64,000 bases of DNA. Origin: Heterodontus francisci (Eukaryota). The DNA is taken from assembly GCF_036365525.1 (NCBI RefSeq), contig NW_027140807.1, positions 1,364,001 through 1,428,000 on the forward strand, written 5' to 3'. The notes beneath the pieces were generated by a model that was not told the origin of the DNA, did no database searches, and saw only the letters and a program-made list of their open reading frames with translations. The position numbers were made by a program, and so were the translations under genes. Shown here one piece after another: positions 1-12,224 of this stretch (its first letter is position 1; every line of letters starts with the position of its first letter).

Positions 1-340
1 GCACGTTCGCCACCTGAGCTATCTGGTCCCCAACTTGTGTGTACAAGTTAATTAATAATTATGAACAACTCCATGTAAAATCTTCCAGTATTATAAGCAC
101 TGTATCTGTGGACATCTAACATATTCACAGATGGATGGATAGACGGTACTGTGAATGTTGCTGGCTTTAATGGTCAGGCCCCCTCTCCCCCACCTCCCCA
201 CCCGGTTATTTTATGCGTGTACTTTGTTGTATGGTCAGCTCATGTTAGTCAAAGGGCAATATCAAATATTAATGAGATGGACACTGAAAACTGGCAGGGC
301 GCTATTGAGGAATGTTTTCGTGTGGTCACATGATGATGTG

Positions 341-398
341 GGTGCAGGAAATACCCAGCTATCATATTTTGGAGACGGCACTAAGTTAACACTCCTGG
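341..398 (+). CDS. TRBJ: TCR beta J segment (GAGNTQLSYFGDGTKLTLLG)
   Basis: FGxG motif; GT donor at 399; 12-RSS with nonamer tgttttcgt 313-321 and degenerate heptamer tgatgtg 334-340 (CAC retained). Confidence 0.85.
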
Positions 399-831
399 GT
401 GAGTGAGATATTTGTTGAAACATATCAGTGGTCTCAGTAATTATTAAAACTGTCGGCCAGTTTGTCCCCATCAGTTTGAAGAAAGGGGAGAGACCATAAA
501 CTTTAGAAAAAAACAAAGAGTAACGAAGCAACAGTTAAAACAACTAAACATAGGGCAATGGCGAGGTGGAAATGGAGGAAGGTTAGGGAGGCAAACCTTA
601 TCTACAGAGAGACAGATTGGGAGCAAAATGCAGGGAAAAGGGGACGGAAAATTAGAGAGACAAAGATGGGAGAGGTCGAGACAAAGACAAAAGAAATAAC
701 AAAAAGAGGTAAAGAGGGAAAGGGCGGGGTAACAAATGCAACCCAATACAAAACGATGCAACTGCGCTTAATTAACCGGCGTGTAGAGAGTTAAAGATTC
801 CCTAGCTTTGTTACAACTGTGTAACATTGTG

Positions 832-883
832 TCAGGGAACAATGACTATACATTTGGCGATGGCACAAACCTCGTGGTTTTAG
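832..883 (+). CDS. TRBJ: TCR beta J segment (SGNNDYTFGDGTNLVVLG)
   Basis: heptamer cattgtg 825-831, 12-bp spacer, nonamer agctttgtt 804-812; donor gtaact at 884. Confidence 0.9.
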
Positions 884-1930
884 GTAACTGATTAACGTGG
901 CGTCAGTGAGAATCATTCCGCACGGTCTGATATGGTATAGTCTGATTGAAATTTACAAGATTAATATATGAAGATAACACTAATCATATTGCCTATTCAG
1001 GTGACATCCGTTTCTTAACAATGACCGATTGTGTGTGTGGAAATCAACAAGTGATAGCTGTCTGGGAAATCAGACTCTGAATGGCCTACCCCTGTCCCGA
1101 ATGTTACTCTATTGGTTTAATGCGAGGAGTGAGATAGAGAGTGAGCTTGGTCAAAAAAAGGGTCAAGATGTTTGAAGTGACCAGTTGATGATGCTGGAAC
1201 GCACCATTATTGGTTAAGAATTCACGAGGTGTTGAGTGAGGAAGTGAGGATTAACATTTACAAATCACTGGTAAGGTCCCAGCTGGAGTATTGTGTTCAG
1301 TCCTGGGTACCACACTTTATGACGGTTGTCGAGGCCTTAGATTGGGAGCAGAAATGATTCACCAGAATTGTACCAGAGATGAGGGACCTCAGATAGTTGG
1401 AGAGACTGGAGAACAGAAAAGGTTAAATGGAGATTGAATAGAGGTGTTCAAATTAGTGAAGGTTTTGGATAGAATTAATAATCAGAAACAGTCTCCATTG
1501 GTAGATGGGTCGGTAACCAGAGGACACAGGTTTTGAGGCAATTGACATAAAGGACCAGTGGCGGGATGAAGAGACATTCTCCCACAGAGGTAGTTACTGG
1601 ATCGGGAAGGCATATCTGAACTGGTGGTGGAAGTTGGTTCAGTAGAAACTTTCAAAATGGAAATTGATAGATACTCGAAGGGAAATATACAGGACGATGG
1701 TAAAACCTTTCATAAAGCCAGCAGAGGTCCTATGGGCCGAATGGTCTCCCCTTCAGTGATGGATATTTCTGATTCTATGACCTTGCTCGTGAGCCACAAA
1801 TGTAAATTAGGAGATATATAAACTAAGGAGATGTGATCTACAAACGCTTTCGAGGACAGGGTCCAAGTGTGATATAGACAAGACCTGCACCTCGCCTTGT
1901 GAGGTTTTGTTACAAGGGTCTCTCACTGTG

Positions 1931-1980
1931 TTCTGGCAATCAATATTACTTCGGAAGCGGTACCAAGTTAGTTGTGACAG
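1931..1980 (+). CDS. TRBJ: TCR beta J segment (SGNQYYFGSGTKLVVTG)
   Basis: heptamer cactgtg 1924-1930, nonamer ggttttgtt 1903-1911; donor gtgagt at 1981. Confidence 0.95.
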
Positions 1981-2282
1981 GTGAGTCCAGGAATGTTAGG
2001 CCAATTCTGAGAATGCATGTTGTCTGAAATGGTCGGAAAGATGTTTAAGGCTCCGGGTTCATTGGTGAAAGACATTTTTCCAATGCATTTAAGATACAAA
2101 CAGAGACAGAGAGAGAGAGAAGGAGAAAGACTGATTCTTGAACTGGATATGTGTTTAAAGAAGGGAAAATTTCTCCCATTTAGCTTACTATGGACAAACA
2201 AACAAGAGCTGTATTATTCACTCAAATATTCGGCAACTTTTCAGGGACCAGTCTAGTTTAGTAACAGGGCTGAAACACTGTG

Positions 2283-2335
2283 TTCTGGAAGCTACGACTA
2301 TTTCTTTGGTGACGGGACAAAACTGACTGTGTTGG
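2283..2335 (+). CDS. TRBJ: TCR beta J segment (SGSYDYFFGDGTKLTVLG)
   Basis: heptamer cactgtg 2276-2282, nonamer agtttagta 2255-2263; donor gtgagt at 2336. Confidence 0.93.
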
Positions 2336-3391
2336 GTGAGTTGGACGTTCTTTGAAAAACAATGATTGCAGCTCACGCTGTTTCTGAGTTTCAGTTTGCA
2401 ACTGAAATGTTGCATTGACAAGTAACAAAAAAATTTCAGGCAGCATTTCCAATGTGCATAAAAGCCAGAATACATGGAAAATACTAAGATGCACAGGGAA
2501 AGACATTTTTTTAATTCGTTCGTGGCATGTGGACCAGAATTTATTGCCCATCCCTAATTGCCCTCTGAGTGGTTTGCGAGCTCATTTTTTTTCATCAGAT
2601 ATGGGCGTCGCTGGCAAGGCCAAGATTTGTTGGCCAACCCTAATTGCTCTTGGACTGGGTGGTTTGATGTTTCAGAAGGCAGTTGCGAGTCAACTGAAGT
2701 CTGAAGTCACTTCTCTGACAACAGGCGGGATTTTCTGACAATTGACGATAGTTTCATGCAGTTAAACCAGACTTTCATTTATCAGTTGAAGTTTAATTCC
2801 TCTAGCTACCCTCGGGATTTGAACCAGAACATTACTAGCACAGTAACATTATCACTTTGCAACCATCGCCCCTGCACTCAATGGGGTGTAGGTCTTTCCG
2901 CAGTCCTGTCAGGGAGGCAGTAGCAGATTTATTAACCGTTTTCTCAGAGGGCAGATTATTTGTTTCCAAAAAATGCTGTCATCGTTCTTCCCCCAGAATG
3001 AGTGAAATAAAACATCATAATTACATTTAATTATATAGAATTTACAGTGTGTAAGCAAACCAGTGGTGAAACTGCACACGAGCCTCCTCTCACCCTTACT
3101 TCATCTAATCTTCTATTCCTTTCTCTCCCATGTCTTTTTCCAACTCACTCCTTGAAAGCATCTCCACAATTCACCTCAACCCATTCCCTGTGGTAGTGCA
3201 TTCCACATTATTACCACTATCTGAGTAACGAACTTCCCTTTCTATTCCTCACAATGATTTTCTAATTAACATTATAATGCCCTTAACATAAAGAGTCAAA
3301 TCTCCAGTGCATTCTGTGTGAGGTTTTGCATCAGTGCACCAGCTTCATTGCTCTTCGACCTGTAGTTATACTATTGTCATGTAACATTGTG

Positions 3392-3444
3392 TACAGGAAA
3401 TACTCCGTATTACTTCAGTGACGGGACAAAATTGATTGTTTTAG
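3392..3444 (+). CDS. TRBJ: TCR beta J segment, non-canonical FSDG (TGNTPYYFSDGTKLIVLG)
   Basis: heptamer cattgtg 3385-3391, weak nonamer agttatact 3364-3372; donor gtgagc at 3445. Confidence 0.82.
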
Positions 3445-3945
3445 GTGAGCACAGAACAGAAGCTTTTGTTGTTTTCGTTAATGAGGATATTTGAGATTCT
3501 CAGACGAAATTAGATGCTCTAAAATACATCATGTTCTCGGTCACAGAATCACCTCGCCGATTTATATTGGCAGCCGGACCTGCAATATCTTGGTTTAAGT
3601 GCTTTCACATTTGTTTTCAACTCAACCCAAGGCCTCGCTGTCTCCCTGTCCCGTCCTCCGGCCCCTACAAACCTCCCTATCCCTGTAACCGCCTCCAGCC
3701 TCTATAACTCTCCGTATCCCTGCAACATCCTCCAATCCCGACAAATCTCGCTGTCTCTGTAACCTCCACCAGGCCCTATAACTAACCTTTTGTTCTCCTG
3801 ACCAATATCTAGGGTGCATTGCCGCTGTCTTTACATCACACATTCATAGTATGTAAATCTACAATTTGAGTACATCATTTCGAAGACGGTGCATTTTAGC
3901 ATTTCTAACTAGATGGGAGTTTTAACACTGACAGGCATCACTGTG

Positions 3946-3998
3946 CTCAAATAACTACGATTATACTTTTGGCGATGGGACCAAGTTAGTAGTTTTCG
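3946..3998 (+). CDS. TRBJ: TCR beta J segment (SNNYDYTFGDGTKLVVFG)
   Basis: heptamer cactgtg 3939-3945, nonamer agttttaac 3918-3926; donor gtaggt at 3999. Confidence 0.92.
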
Positions 3999-4668
3999 GT
4001 AGGTGAACGGTTTCAGCATTGTATTCATTTTACAGTTTAATTGCTATTATGTTGCCTCCAATGGGGAGTGGAGAGGGTTTAGTTAATGATTTGACCCAAT
4101 CTCCAGCCTGCCTTTAAAAGAGATTAATTTGCTTCTCTTTTAGAGTAACACTATTGTTAAATTGTTCCATTCACTATCCACTGGGATAGTCAAACTTGAT
4201 AAAGCCATTTGTTGGTCTATTGTTATATTCTGTGATTGCCCACAACTCTCCATTATTCTAGTTATCAATGGGAATATCAAGAATCTCATTGTAGCTTTTT
4301 ATGTGAAACTAAAGCCGTACTGGGATGTCGAACATCAGATATTTTGATGGAAAACCCTCTGATTTCACCTCTCGCAGAGGAATCCGTAGTAAAAGTACAT
4401 GATAATAATTGATTGTAAAAGATCTCTGGAACTCCCTCTTCAACAAAAAGCTGTGAATCCTGGAGGGCGATTAGACCTGACAAAATTGAGATGGAAATAA
4501 CTTTGTTTGGGGAGGTTATCGAGGGATATCGAGATCAGATTGGTAAATGAAGTGAGGTACAGATCAGCCTTTGAATAGAGGAGCAGGATAGAGGGGCTGA
4601 ATGGCCGCCTCCTTGTGCAATAGGTTGTCTGGAGGGTAATAGTTTTGTAATGGGAGTGTAACACTGTG

Positions 4669-4724
4669 TTATGGAAAGACCGAACCATTATATTTTGGCC
4701 AAGGGACCAAGCTCACAGTTTTGG
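4669..4724 (+). CDS. TRBJ: TCR beta J segment (YGKTEPLYFGQGTKLTVLG)
   Basis: heptamer cactgtg 4662-4668, nonamer agttttgta 4641-4649; donor gtatgt at 4725. Confidence 0.93.
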
Positions 4725-4759
4725 GTATGTAAATGTTAAAGGCTTTGTTTGTCTAACTA

Positions 4760-5280
4760 GTCCTTGAAGCGGCCAACACTCCCAGCTTATACACACTACT
4801 GAGTCAGCGGCGCTTGAGATGGCTTGGCCATGTGAGCCGCATGGAAGATGGCAGGATCCCCAAAGACACATTGTACAGCGAGATCGCCACTGGTATCAGA
4901 CCCACTGGCTGTCCATGTCTCCGCTATAAAGACGTCTGCAAACGCGACATGAAATCGTGTGACATTGAAAACAAGTCGTGGGAGTCAGTTGCCAGCGTTC
5001 GCCAGAGCTGGCGGGCAGCCATAAAGACAGGGCTAAATTGTGGCGAGTCGAAGAGACTTAGTAGTTGGCAGGAAAAAAGACAGAGGCGCAAGGGGAGAGA
5101 CAACTGTGCAACAGCCCCGACAAACAAATTTCTCTGCAGCACCTGTGGAAGAGCCTGTCACTCCAGAATTGGCTTTTATAGCCACTCCAGGCGCTGCTTC
5201 ACAAACCACTGACCACCTCCAGGCGCGTATCCATTGTCTCTCGAGATAAGTAGGCCCAAAAGAAAGAAAAGAAAGAAGAA
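4760..5280 (+). mobile_element. RTE-clade LINE 3' fragment
   Basis: ORF 4814-5212 RWLGHVSRMEDGRIPK...RYKDVCKRD plus C-terminal CxxC...H zinc-finger-like tail typical of RTE ORF ends; (GAA)n-like 3' tail. Confidence 0.85.
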
Positions 5281-6458
5281 GGGATAGTCTATCATCATAT
5301 TCTGTAGTTTCCCATTACTGTCCAGTTTTCGAATTATCAACCAGCACATCGACAATCTTATTATCCTTTCAAAAATATAGAAAATGCTGTGTGACATTAA
5401 ACCGACAGAGAAGTGCATTGGGTTGTCTAACGTAGAATGTTATGGTGGAAATGCCTTCTTGTGATTGGCTGAATTGTTTTGGAATTGGGAGACATTCCTC
5501 AGGCTCTTTTCTCAGGAGGGTTATTGGGTGGAGTAGAATCCAGGATAGACATGGCTGTAAAGACATGACCCTAATACTTTTGTCAATCCATACTTTATGG
5601 GCTTGCAGCCAAAATTAAGTCAACAATTCTGAGCTGTTGCCGCATAAAATTGTTAACCTCACACTAATTAATAAAAATGACCTCTTCGATTTTGTTTTAG
5701 AAGATTGTGCTTTGCCTTCATCCGTATAAAATTCAATCCCATTCTTAAACAGAGTTTGTTCAGCTTGTTATGATTAACGTCCTGAAGCAGTGATCTTCTG
5801 GAATGAATGCTCACTGTTGATAATGGGACAGACTTCTAAAAAAAACAGTTGATGGAAATAATTAGACAAATATGCATGTTGGACACAAGAATACCACTCG
5901 GCCCATCTCACTAGAGTCGGCTGTTGGAAAAAGCTCTCCAATTCGCCCAACTCACCCCTTTTCTTTCTATACAGCCCTGCAATTTTCGCCTTTTTGAACT
6001 ATGCTCCAATTCTTTTTTGAAGTTCAATATGCAATCAGTATCTATCACATTTTCAGGTAATGCATTCCATATCACAACAAGTCGTTGTGTAAAGAAATGG
6101 CCCCTCAATAAACATCTGGATCTTTTGCCAATTGCCTTAAATCTATGTTCTCTGGTTGTGAAATCTCCGGCCAGTGGAATCAGTCTCCCCCTACTGACTC
6201 TAACAAAGCCCTTCGTGGCTTTGAAATCAACTACTAAATCTCTCCTTCACCTTCTCTGGGAGAACAATCCCACCTTCTCCAGTCTGTCCACATAACTGAG
6301 TCCCTCATTTCTAGGACCATTCCAGTAAATCTCTCTCTGCACGCTCTCCAAGACCTTGACATCCTTCCAAAAGTGTGGTGCCCTGAATTGGGCACGAGAC
6401 TCCAGCTCAGGCGTAACTGAGGGCCCTGGTAGTTTTACAACTGGCCTGTGACATTGTG

Positions 6459-6507
6459 TTCAGCTGGGACCTCGATCTCTTAATTTGGCTCTGGGATTAC
6501 GTTCTAG
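6459..6507 (+). pseudogene. TRBJ: TCR beta pseudo-J (SAGTSIS*FGSGITF*)
   Basis: good 12-RSS (agttttaca 6431-6439, cattgtg 6452-6458) and FGSG motif, but in-frame TAA and a shortened/frameshifted 3' end. Confidence 0.8.
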
Positions 6508-7064
6508 GTAGGTAAACAAGAATAGATCTCAATATTCAAATTTAATTCGTTCTAAGTGTTCATTCATTGCTTCGTAATTCTGCCAAAACTCACAAACCTG
6601 GCCACGTACTGGAAAACTTGAGAAAATTTGTATCCCAAGATGCACAATTTTGCAAAGACAACGTTACCAGACTTCTCTGTGTCTACCCTCTGGAACCCCC
6701 CAACCCTTTCATAATCTTAGACGCCTCTTTCAGGTCACCTCTAAGCCTTCTCTTATCTATCATAAAGGCTATTCAGTTTTTCTTGATAGGTAAATATGTA
6801 TGAAGACGAGAACTGTGCACAGTGATCCAAGTGTGGTCTAACCGAGGGATATGGAGACCAGAACTGTGCACAGAGCTCCAAGAACGTCTAAGCAAATTTT
6901 ACCATAATTTCTCTGCTTTAAAATGGAATGGTGGAGAAAAGGACAGACAAATCTACACATTGCAATTGGTTGAATTATAATTGTTCCAAGGTGTCAGAGC
7001 ATTCGATGAAGTATCGTGTAATCATTGGTCCCCAGCAGTTTTAATACTGCTTTGTAACACTGTG

Positions 7065-7120
7065 TTCTGGAAACAGCACACCTCTCCGCTTTGGCGATGG
7101 GACAAGATTAACAGTTCTGG
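7065..7120 (+). CDS. TRBJ: TCR beta J segment (SGNSTPLRFGDGTRLTVLG)
   Basis: heptamer cactgtg 7058-7064, nonamer agttttaat 7037-7045; donor gtatgt at 7121. Confidence 0.92.
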
Positions 7121-7756
7121 GTATGTAAAACCGAGCGATGTGTCCCCCCAGTGGTCAATGTAAAAGCATTAATCTTCACCAATGTAAAAGCAGAGAGGCA
7201 AGGCTCAACTAGTAGTGATTATCTTAAAGGCTGAACTCAGGAAGGGCCACTGTCGAGTTTATAACAGATGCAAACCCGAGTCAACGATTTTGAAAGGACT
7301 CCAATCAAACACAAGAAGCCACAAAGGACCATTCATCCCTTGAGCCTCTTCCACCATTCACTTAAATCATGGCTGAGTTTTATCTTAGCTCCAGCTACCG
7401 TCTTTGGTCCCATAACCTTTAACACACTGACCCAACAAAAATGATTGAATGTAATAAACAAAGACTAGATCTAGTCAAGGTTGTAGAAGATTAGATACTA
7501 AATGGCAAACTCACCTAGTCTTCCTTCAAGAAAATAACTAAATTGAGTGCATAAGGAATTGACTTACATTTATGCTGAAACACTATTTCAAATCAGAATT
7601 CAAAGTGAGAGGTACGTGGCAATGTCCAAACAGTTTAACAATTTCACTACTTGCTTTCTTGGCATACTAAATAAATATAGGGAACAAGCTACTGCATTGG
7701 CAGTCTACGGGAACTGTTAGGCAATCCTAGTTTTCTGATAGGAATGTAGCATTGTG

Positions 7757-7808
7757 GATGTAACTACTAACTTTCATTTTGGCCCCGGTTCCAAATTAAC
7801 AGTGTTGG
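7757..7808 (+). CDS. TRBJ: TCR beta J segment (DVTTNFHFGPGSKLTVLG)
   Basis: heptamer cattgtg 7750-7756, nonamer agttttctg 7729-7737; donor gtaagt at 7809. Confidence 0.9.
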
Positions 7809-8825
7809 GTAAGTTTTAAAAAATATAACGTTTTGAGTGCGTCAATTAAGTTAGTTGTATATTTACCCATGGCATTGCACTCCAGTACATAACTGCACAG
7901 TGCTGTATGTCTGACCCTGCTACCCAGATTTCCCTCGTTGCCCCACTTATTACCAAATTATCGTAATAATTATTATATTTATTTCGCAATATTTCAGCAA
8001 GATGTATTCTGAAAACAAGTAGGATAAAGCAGAGAAGATTAAGTGGTGGTGGGAGGATTGATACCAGGGAGAAAGGATTTCAGCTTTGCAGAGAGACTGG
8101 AAAAGCTGAATATTGTTCTCCTTGGAGCAGAGAAGGTTAAAGAAGATTTGCCAGTGTGGTACCAGGGATGAATGACTTCAATTGTGTGGAGATACTGGAG
8201 AAACTGGGGTTGTTCTCCTCAGAGAAGAGAAGGTTAAGGTGGGAATTAATATCATATTCAAAATGTCCAAAATCATATGTTTTGTAATAGAGTAAATAAG
8301 AATAACTCATTTCTGCTGGGAGAAGGGTCGGTAAGCAAAGAGAACAGATTTGTGATTGGCAAAAGAAACAAAGAGGGAGATGAGTATTTGCTTTTATACA
8401 GCCAGTTGTTGTGATGTGGAATGCACTGCCTGAAAATAGCTCAAACAATGCATTTGATGCATACTTGAAGGCTAACAAATGTAGGGTTATGGTGAAACAG
8501 CAAGAAGCTCTGGGTGTTCGCAGAAGATTGAGCAACCTGAAGGCTTAATTCTAATTGGTATCCTCTGATGCAGTGCGACATAGTACTTGTCTGCATCTTT
8601 AATATTGACTAATATCCAATAATAACAGCAAACAAAGCACAGGAGTTCCTTTGCAGGGGATTGGCTAGCATTCCAAAGCACAGAAGTTACATGAAACTTA
8701 TATAGAACTTTGGTTAGATCGTTGCAATTACAATGAATTTCGATGTAAAATCCCCAGCGCCAACTCCATCCATCTAGAGGGGAGAGACACTCTTGTTAGT
8801 TTTAGTGTAGGGTTGCAGCATGGTG

Positions 8826-8876
8826 CTTCAGGATATGAACAGTATTCTGGAGGGGGCACGAAGCTAAGCGTTTCAG
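8826..8876 (+). CDS. TRBJ: TCR beta J segment, F>S in FGxG (SGYEQYSGGGTKLSVSG)
   Basis: heptamer catggtg 8819-8825, nonamer agttttagt 8798-8806; donor gtgagt at 8877. Confidence 0.8.
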
Positions 8877-10429
8877 GTGAGTAGCTGACAGTACAAGAGG
8901 TCTCAGTTAATGATGGATGGACCAAGGTCTGCTGTTGTTATACGGATGCAGTTCTCTAATTGTGGGGAGGGATTTTAGCAGATGAACACGAGGATTCATT
9001 TCACGTGTAGGGGACATTTACGCGGGATTAGTGCATTGTTCTGTCAGTGAGGCGGTGGCTCCTTATTTCTGTAACTTCCTCTGGACCTAAAAGAAACCAT
9101 GATGATTTCTCTGTGCTCCTCCAATTCTGGCCTCTTGTGCATCCTCCCCTCCCTCGAACCCACCATTGGCGGCTGTGCCTTCAGCTGCCTGAGCCCTAAA
9201 CCCTGGAATTCCCTCCTTAAACACCTCTGCTTCTCTCCCTCTCTCCTTCTTTAAGAAGCATCTTAGAACCTACTTCTTTGACAGGTCACCTGTCCCTAAT
9301 ATCTACTTCGATAACTCGGGATCAAGTTGTTGTCTGAGTTGCTCTTATATTGAGATTTTTCACTGCATCAACGGTGCTAGATAAATGCAATTTTTTTTGT
9401 TATTAATCACCAGGTAGGCCTCGCCTGGAGTATTGTGACCAATTCGTGTCTAACACACTTTGGGAAGGATGTCAAGGCCATAGAGAGGGTGCAGAAGATG
9501 TTTACTAGAATGGTACCAGACATGGGAAGGTTTCACTTGTGTGTCGAAATGGGAGAAGCTGGGATTGTTCTCCTTAGAGCAGAGAAGGCGAAGGGGAGAT
9601 CAGTGTTGTTTTATTAAACTTATTCTTAAAATAAAGACACATTCGCAAGTAACCAGGAAAAGCAGACAAAATATAAAGGGAAAATTAATTGAAGACAAAC
9701 AACAGCGACGCGAATCCCAGAGGGAGGAAGTCCCAATAAAAGTACAATTGTTAAGACCAAAATTAAACTTGCGTTCAGCCCCTTTGCAAACAGGCAGATT
9801 TTGGACAGCAACGTGCGCAAGGCACTTTCGTGTATTGCAGCAAAGGTACCAAACTAACGAGTGCTAGGTAAAGACGCACCATTGTCAAACTACATCTGTC
9901 AATTGCAGCTCAACTGGTTGAGAAAGAGACCAGTTCTCAAAATACAGCTTGGGTTTAAGTATTTCAGTGAAGTTACACAGTGGTGACACTCTTACCTCCG
10001 AGTCAAAAAAAAAAGCGAATTCCACATTCTCACTATTCTCTGGGTGAAGAGGAGTCTCCTGAAATCTCCATTGGTTCAATATTCAGAACAAAAATGTAAC
10101 AAAATTAGGCATCAGTCATTATGTTAATGATTGTATCATTTTAATATTCATGGCATTCTCACAGAGTCTTGACTGTAAACCCAAACCTGTTCAGGTATTT
10201 CTTTCGCAATATTACGCTCATAGAGCTTTAGAGTTAAAGAACTGACTGTGCAGTGTAGTCACTGTTGTAATGTAGGGAAAGATTTCAGCCAAAATGCGCA
10301 CAGCAAGATCCCACAAGCATCATTGCACTAAATGACCAGATAACCGGAAATGGTGGATGTGAAGTGTTGAATGACGGATAAATATTGGCTCGGACACACT
10401 CCCCTTATTTTCTTTGAGCCAATACATTG

Positions 10430-11835
10430 TTTCTCAAACGGTACAATTTTAAATTGGGTGCAGGGACAGAGAAACCAGGGGGATGTATGTTCATAAATCT
10501 ATGAAGGTGGCAGGGCAGGTTCAAAAGGCTATCAAAAGGCACACTGAATCCTTTTGGCTCTGTAAACAGAGGCACAGAGGGCAAAAGCAAAGCTGTTATC
10601 ATGAACATTTATAAAACACTGTTTAGGCCTCAGTAGCAGCATTGTGTTCCATTTTGGTGCCACCCTTTGGAAAACAGGTTAAGTCCCTGAGAAAGCAGAG
10701 TAGATTGACTGGAATGGTTCCAGGGTTGAGGCACTTCAGAAATCGTGAAGAGATTGTAGAAGCTGGGATTGTTCTCCTCAGAGCAGAGAAGGTACAGGGA
10801 AAATTTGAATCGAGGTGCTGAAGCTCAGGAAAGCGTTCGATAGAGTTAAAAGGGAGAAACCTTTTTTTCCAGTGGTAGGAGGTTCGGTAACCAGAAGGAC
10901 ACAGATTTAAGGTCGTTGGCAAAAAAAGGGGGGGATGAGGAAATATTTTGTTTAAACAGCGAGTTGTTGTGATTTGGAATGTAATGCCTGACATGGTGCT
11001 GAAAGCAGATTCAATAGTAGCTTCACTTCAAAAGTAGCTTTCAAAAGGGAAATAGAGAGAGTTTGAAGGTACATAGTTTACTGGGTTATGTGAGAAGAAC
11101 AGGGTGGGGAGTAGGATTAATTGGCTAGTTCTACCAAAGAGCTGGAATTCACACAACAGGCCGAATGGTCCCCTCCTTTCATGTGTGAGTTTATGGTAGC
11201 ACTAATTATTAAATATTACATTTGGGGGAAGAGACAAGAGTAGGATTAGAATCATAATACAGCACAGAGGGGGGCCATTCAGCCCATCGAGTCCATGCCA
11301 GCTCTCTGTCTGGCAATCCAATCAGTCCCACTCCCTCGCTCTATCCCTGTGGCCCTGCAAGTTAATTTGCCTCAAGTGTCCATCCAATTTCCTTCTGAAA
11401 TCATTCATTGTCTCCGCTTCCACCACCCTTGTAGGCAGCGAGTTCCAGGTCATTACCACACGTGGCATAAAAATGTCCCCCCTCACACCCCCCCTGCATC
11501 TTTTGCACAGCACCAGAAATCTGTCTCTCCTGGTCCTTGTACCAACAACTAATGGGTGAAGTTTTTCTTTGTCTACCTTATCTAAATCCGTCATAATCTT
11601 GTACGCTGCCATCAAATCTCCCCTCAATCTCCTTTGCTCCAAGCAGAACAATCCCAGCTTCTCCAACCTAACCTTGTAGCTAAAATCCTTCATCCCTGGA
11701 ACCATTCTGTTAAATATCCTCTGAACCCTTTCAAGGACACTCACAACCTTCCTCAAATGTGGTGGTCAGAACTGGCTGCAAAACTCTAGTTGTGGCCTAA
11801 CCAGAGCTTTAGAAATGTTCCCCATAACTTCCCTG
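10430..11835. mobile_element. Two opposed CR1-type LINE 3' fragments in the J-C intron (+ 10430-11190; - 11250-11835)
   Basis: LERVQR..LGLF.LEQRRLRGD motifs; similar fragments at ~1230-1780, 5870-6420, 8030-8510, 12945-13490, 14770-15305, 58770-59730. Confidence 0.85.
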
Positions 11836-12078
11836 ATAGGAAAGGGCTCTAGATAATGGGACAAGGTGAGTGATAGCCTGGTTATTGAGAACAGGCTGGC
11901 CCAGAGTTCAGGGTAACACTTTTCAGATAGACAGGAGAACCTCTTTCATAGTGAGACAGACTTGTACTTCACTCAATGACTAAGAGGTTCAGATGATCAG
12001 TTTCTGCCACTTTGGGTTAAAATGTACAAAAGCCGGTATAGGTTGCAAACTGATTCTATGTTTGATGACTGATCGGTG

Positions 12079-12131
12079 TTCGAGAAACAGAGAGGTTTAT
12101 TCTGGAGTTGGCACAAAATTAACTGCTCTGG
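12079..12131 (+). pseudogene. TRBJ: Degenerate J-like segment without splice donor, in frame with C exon 1 (SRNREVYSGVGTKLTAL)
   Basis: xGxGTKLT motif; weak RSS (atcggtg 12072-12078, tgattctat 12051-12059); CT instead of GT after ctgG. Confidence 0.65.
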
Positions 12132-12224
12132 CTAGAATTGAAAGGTTGATATTGTTTGGTGGTTTAAAATTCTCAAGACGGGTTTCATACTCATCCATAT
12201 TGTCTTCATTTACTTTTCCTGCAG

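Noticed and set aside
5790-5850. cactgtt followed by gataatgggaca as another J (also cattgtt at ~9034)
   Set aside because: The heptamers end in TT so the essential CAC is absent, with no convincing FGxG, nonamer or donor.
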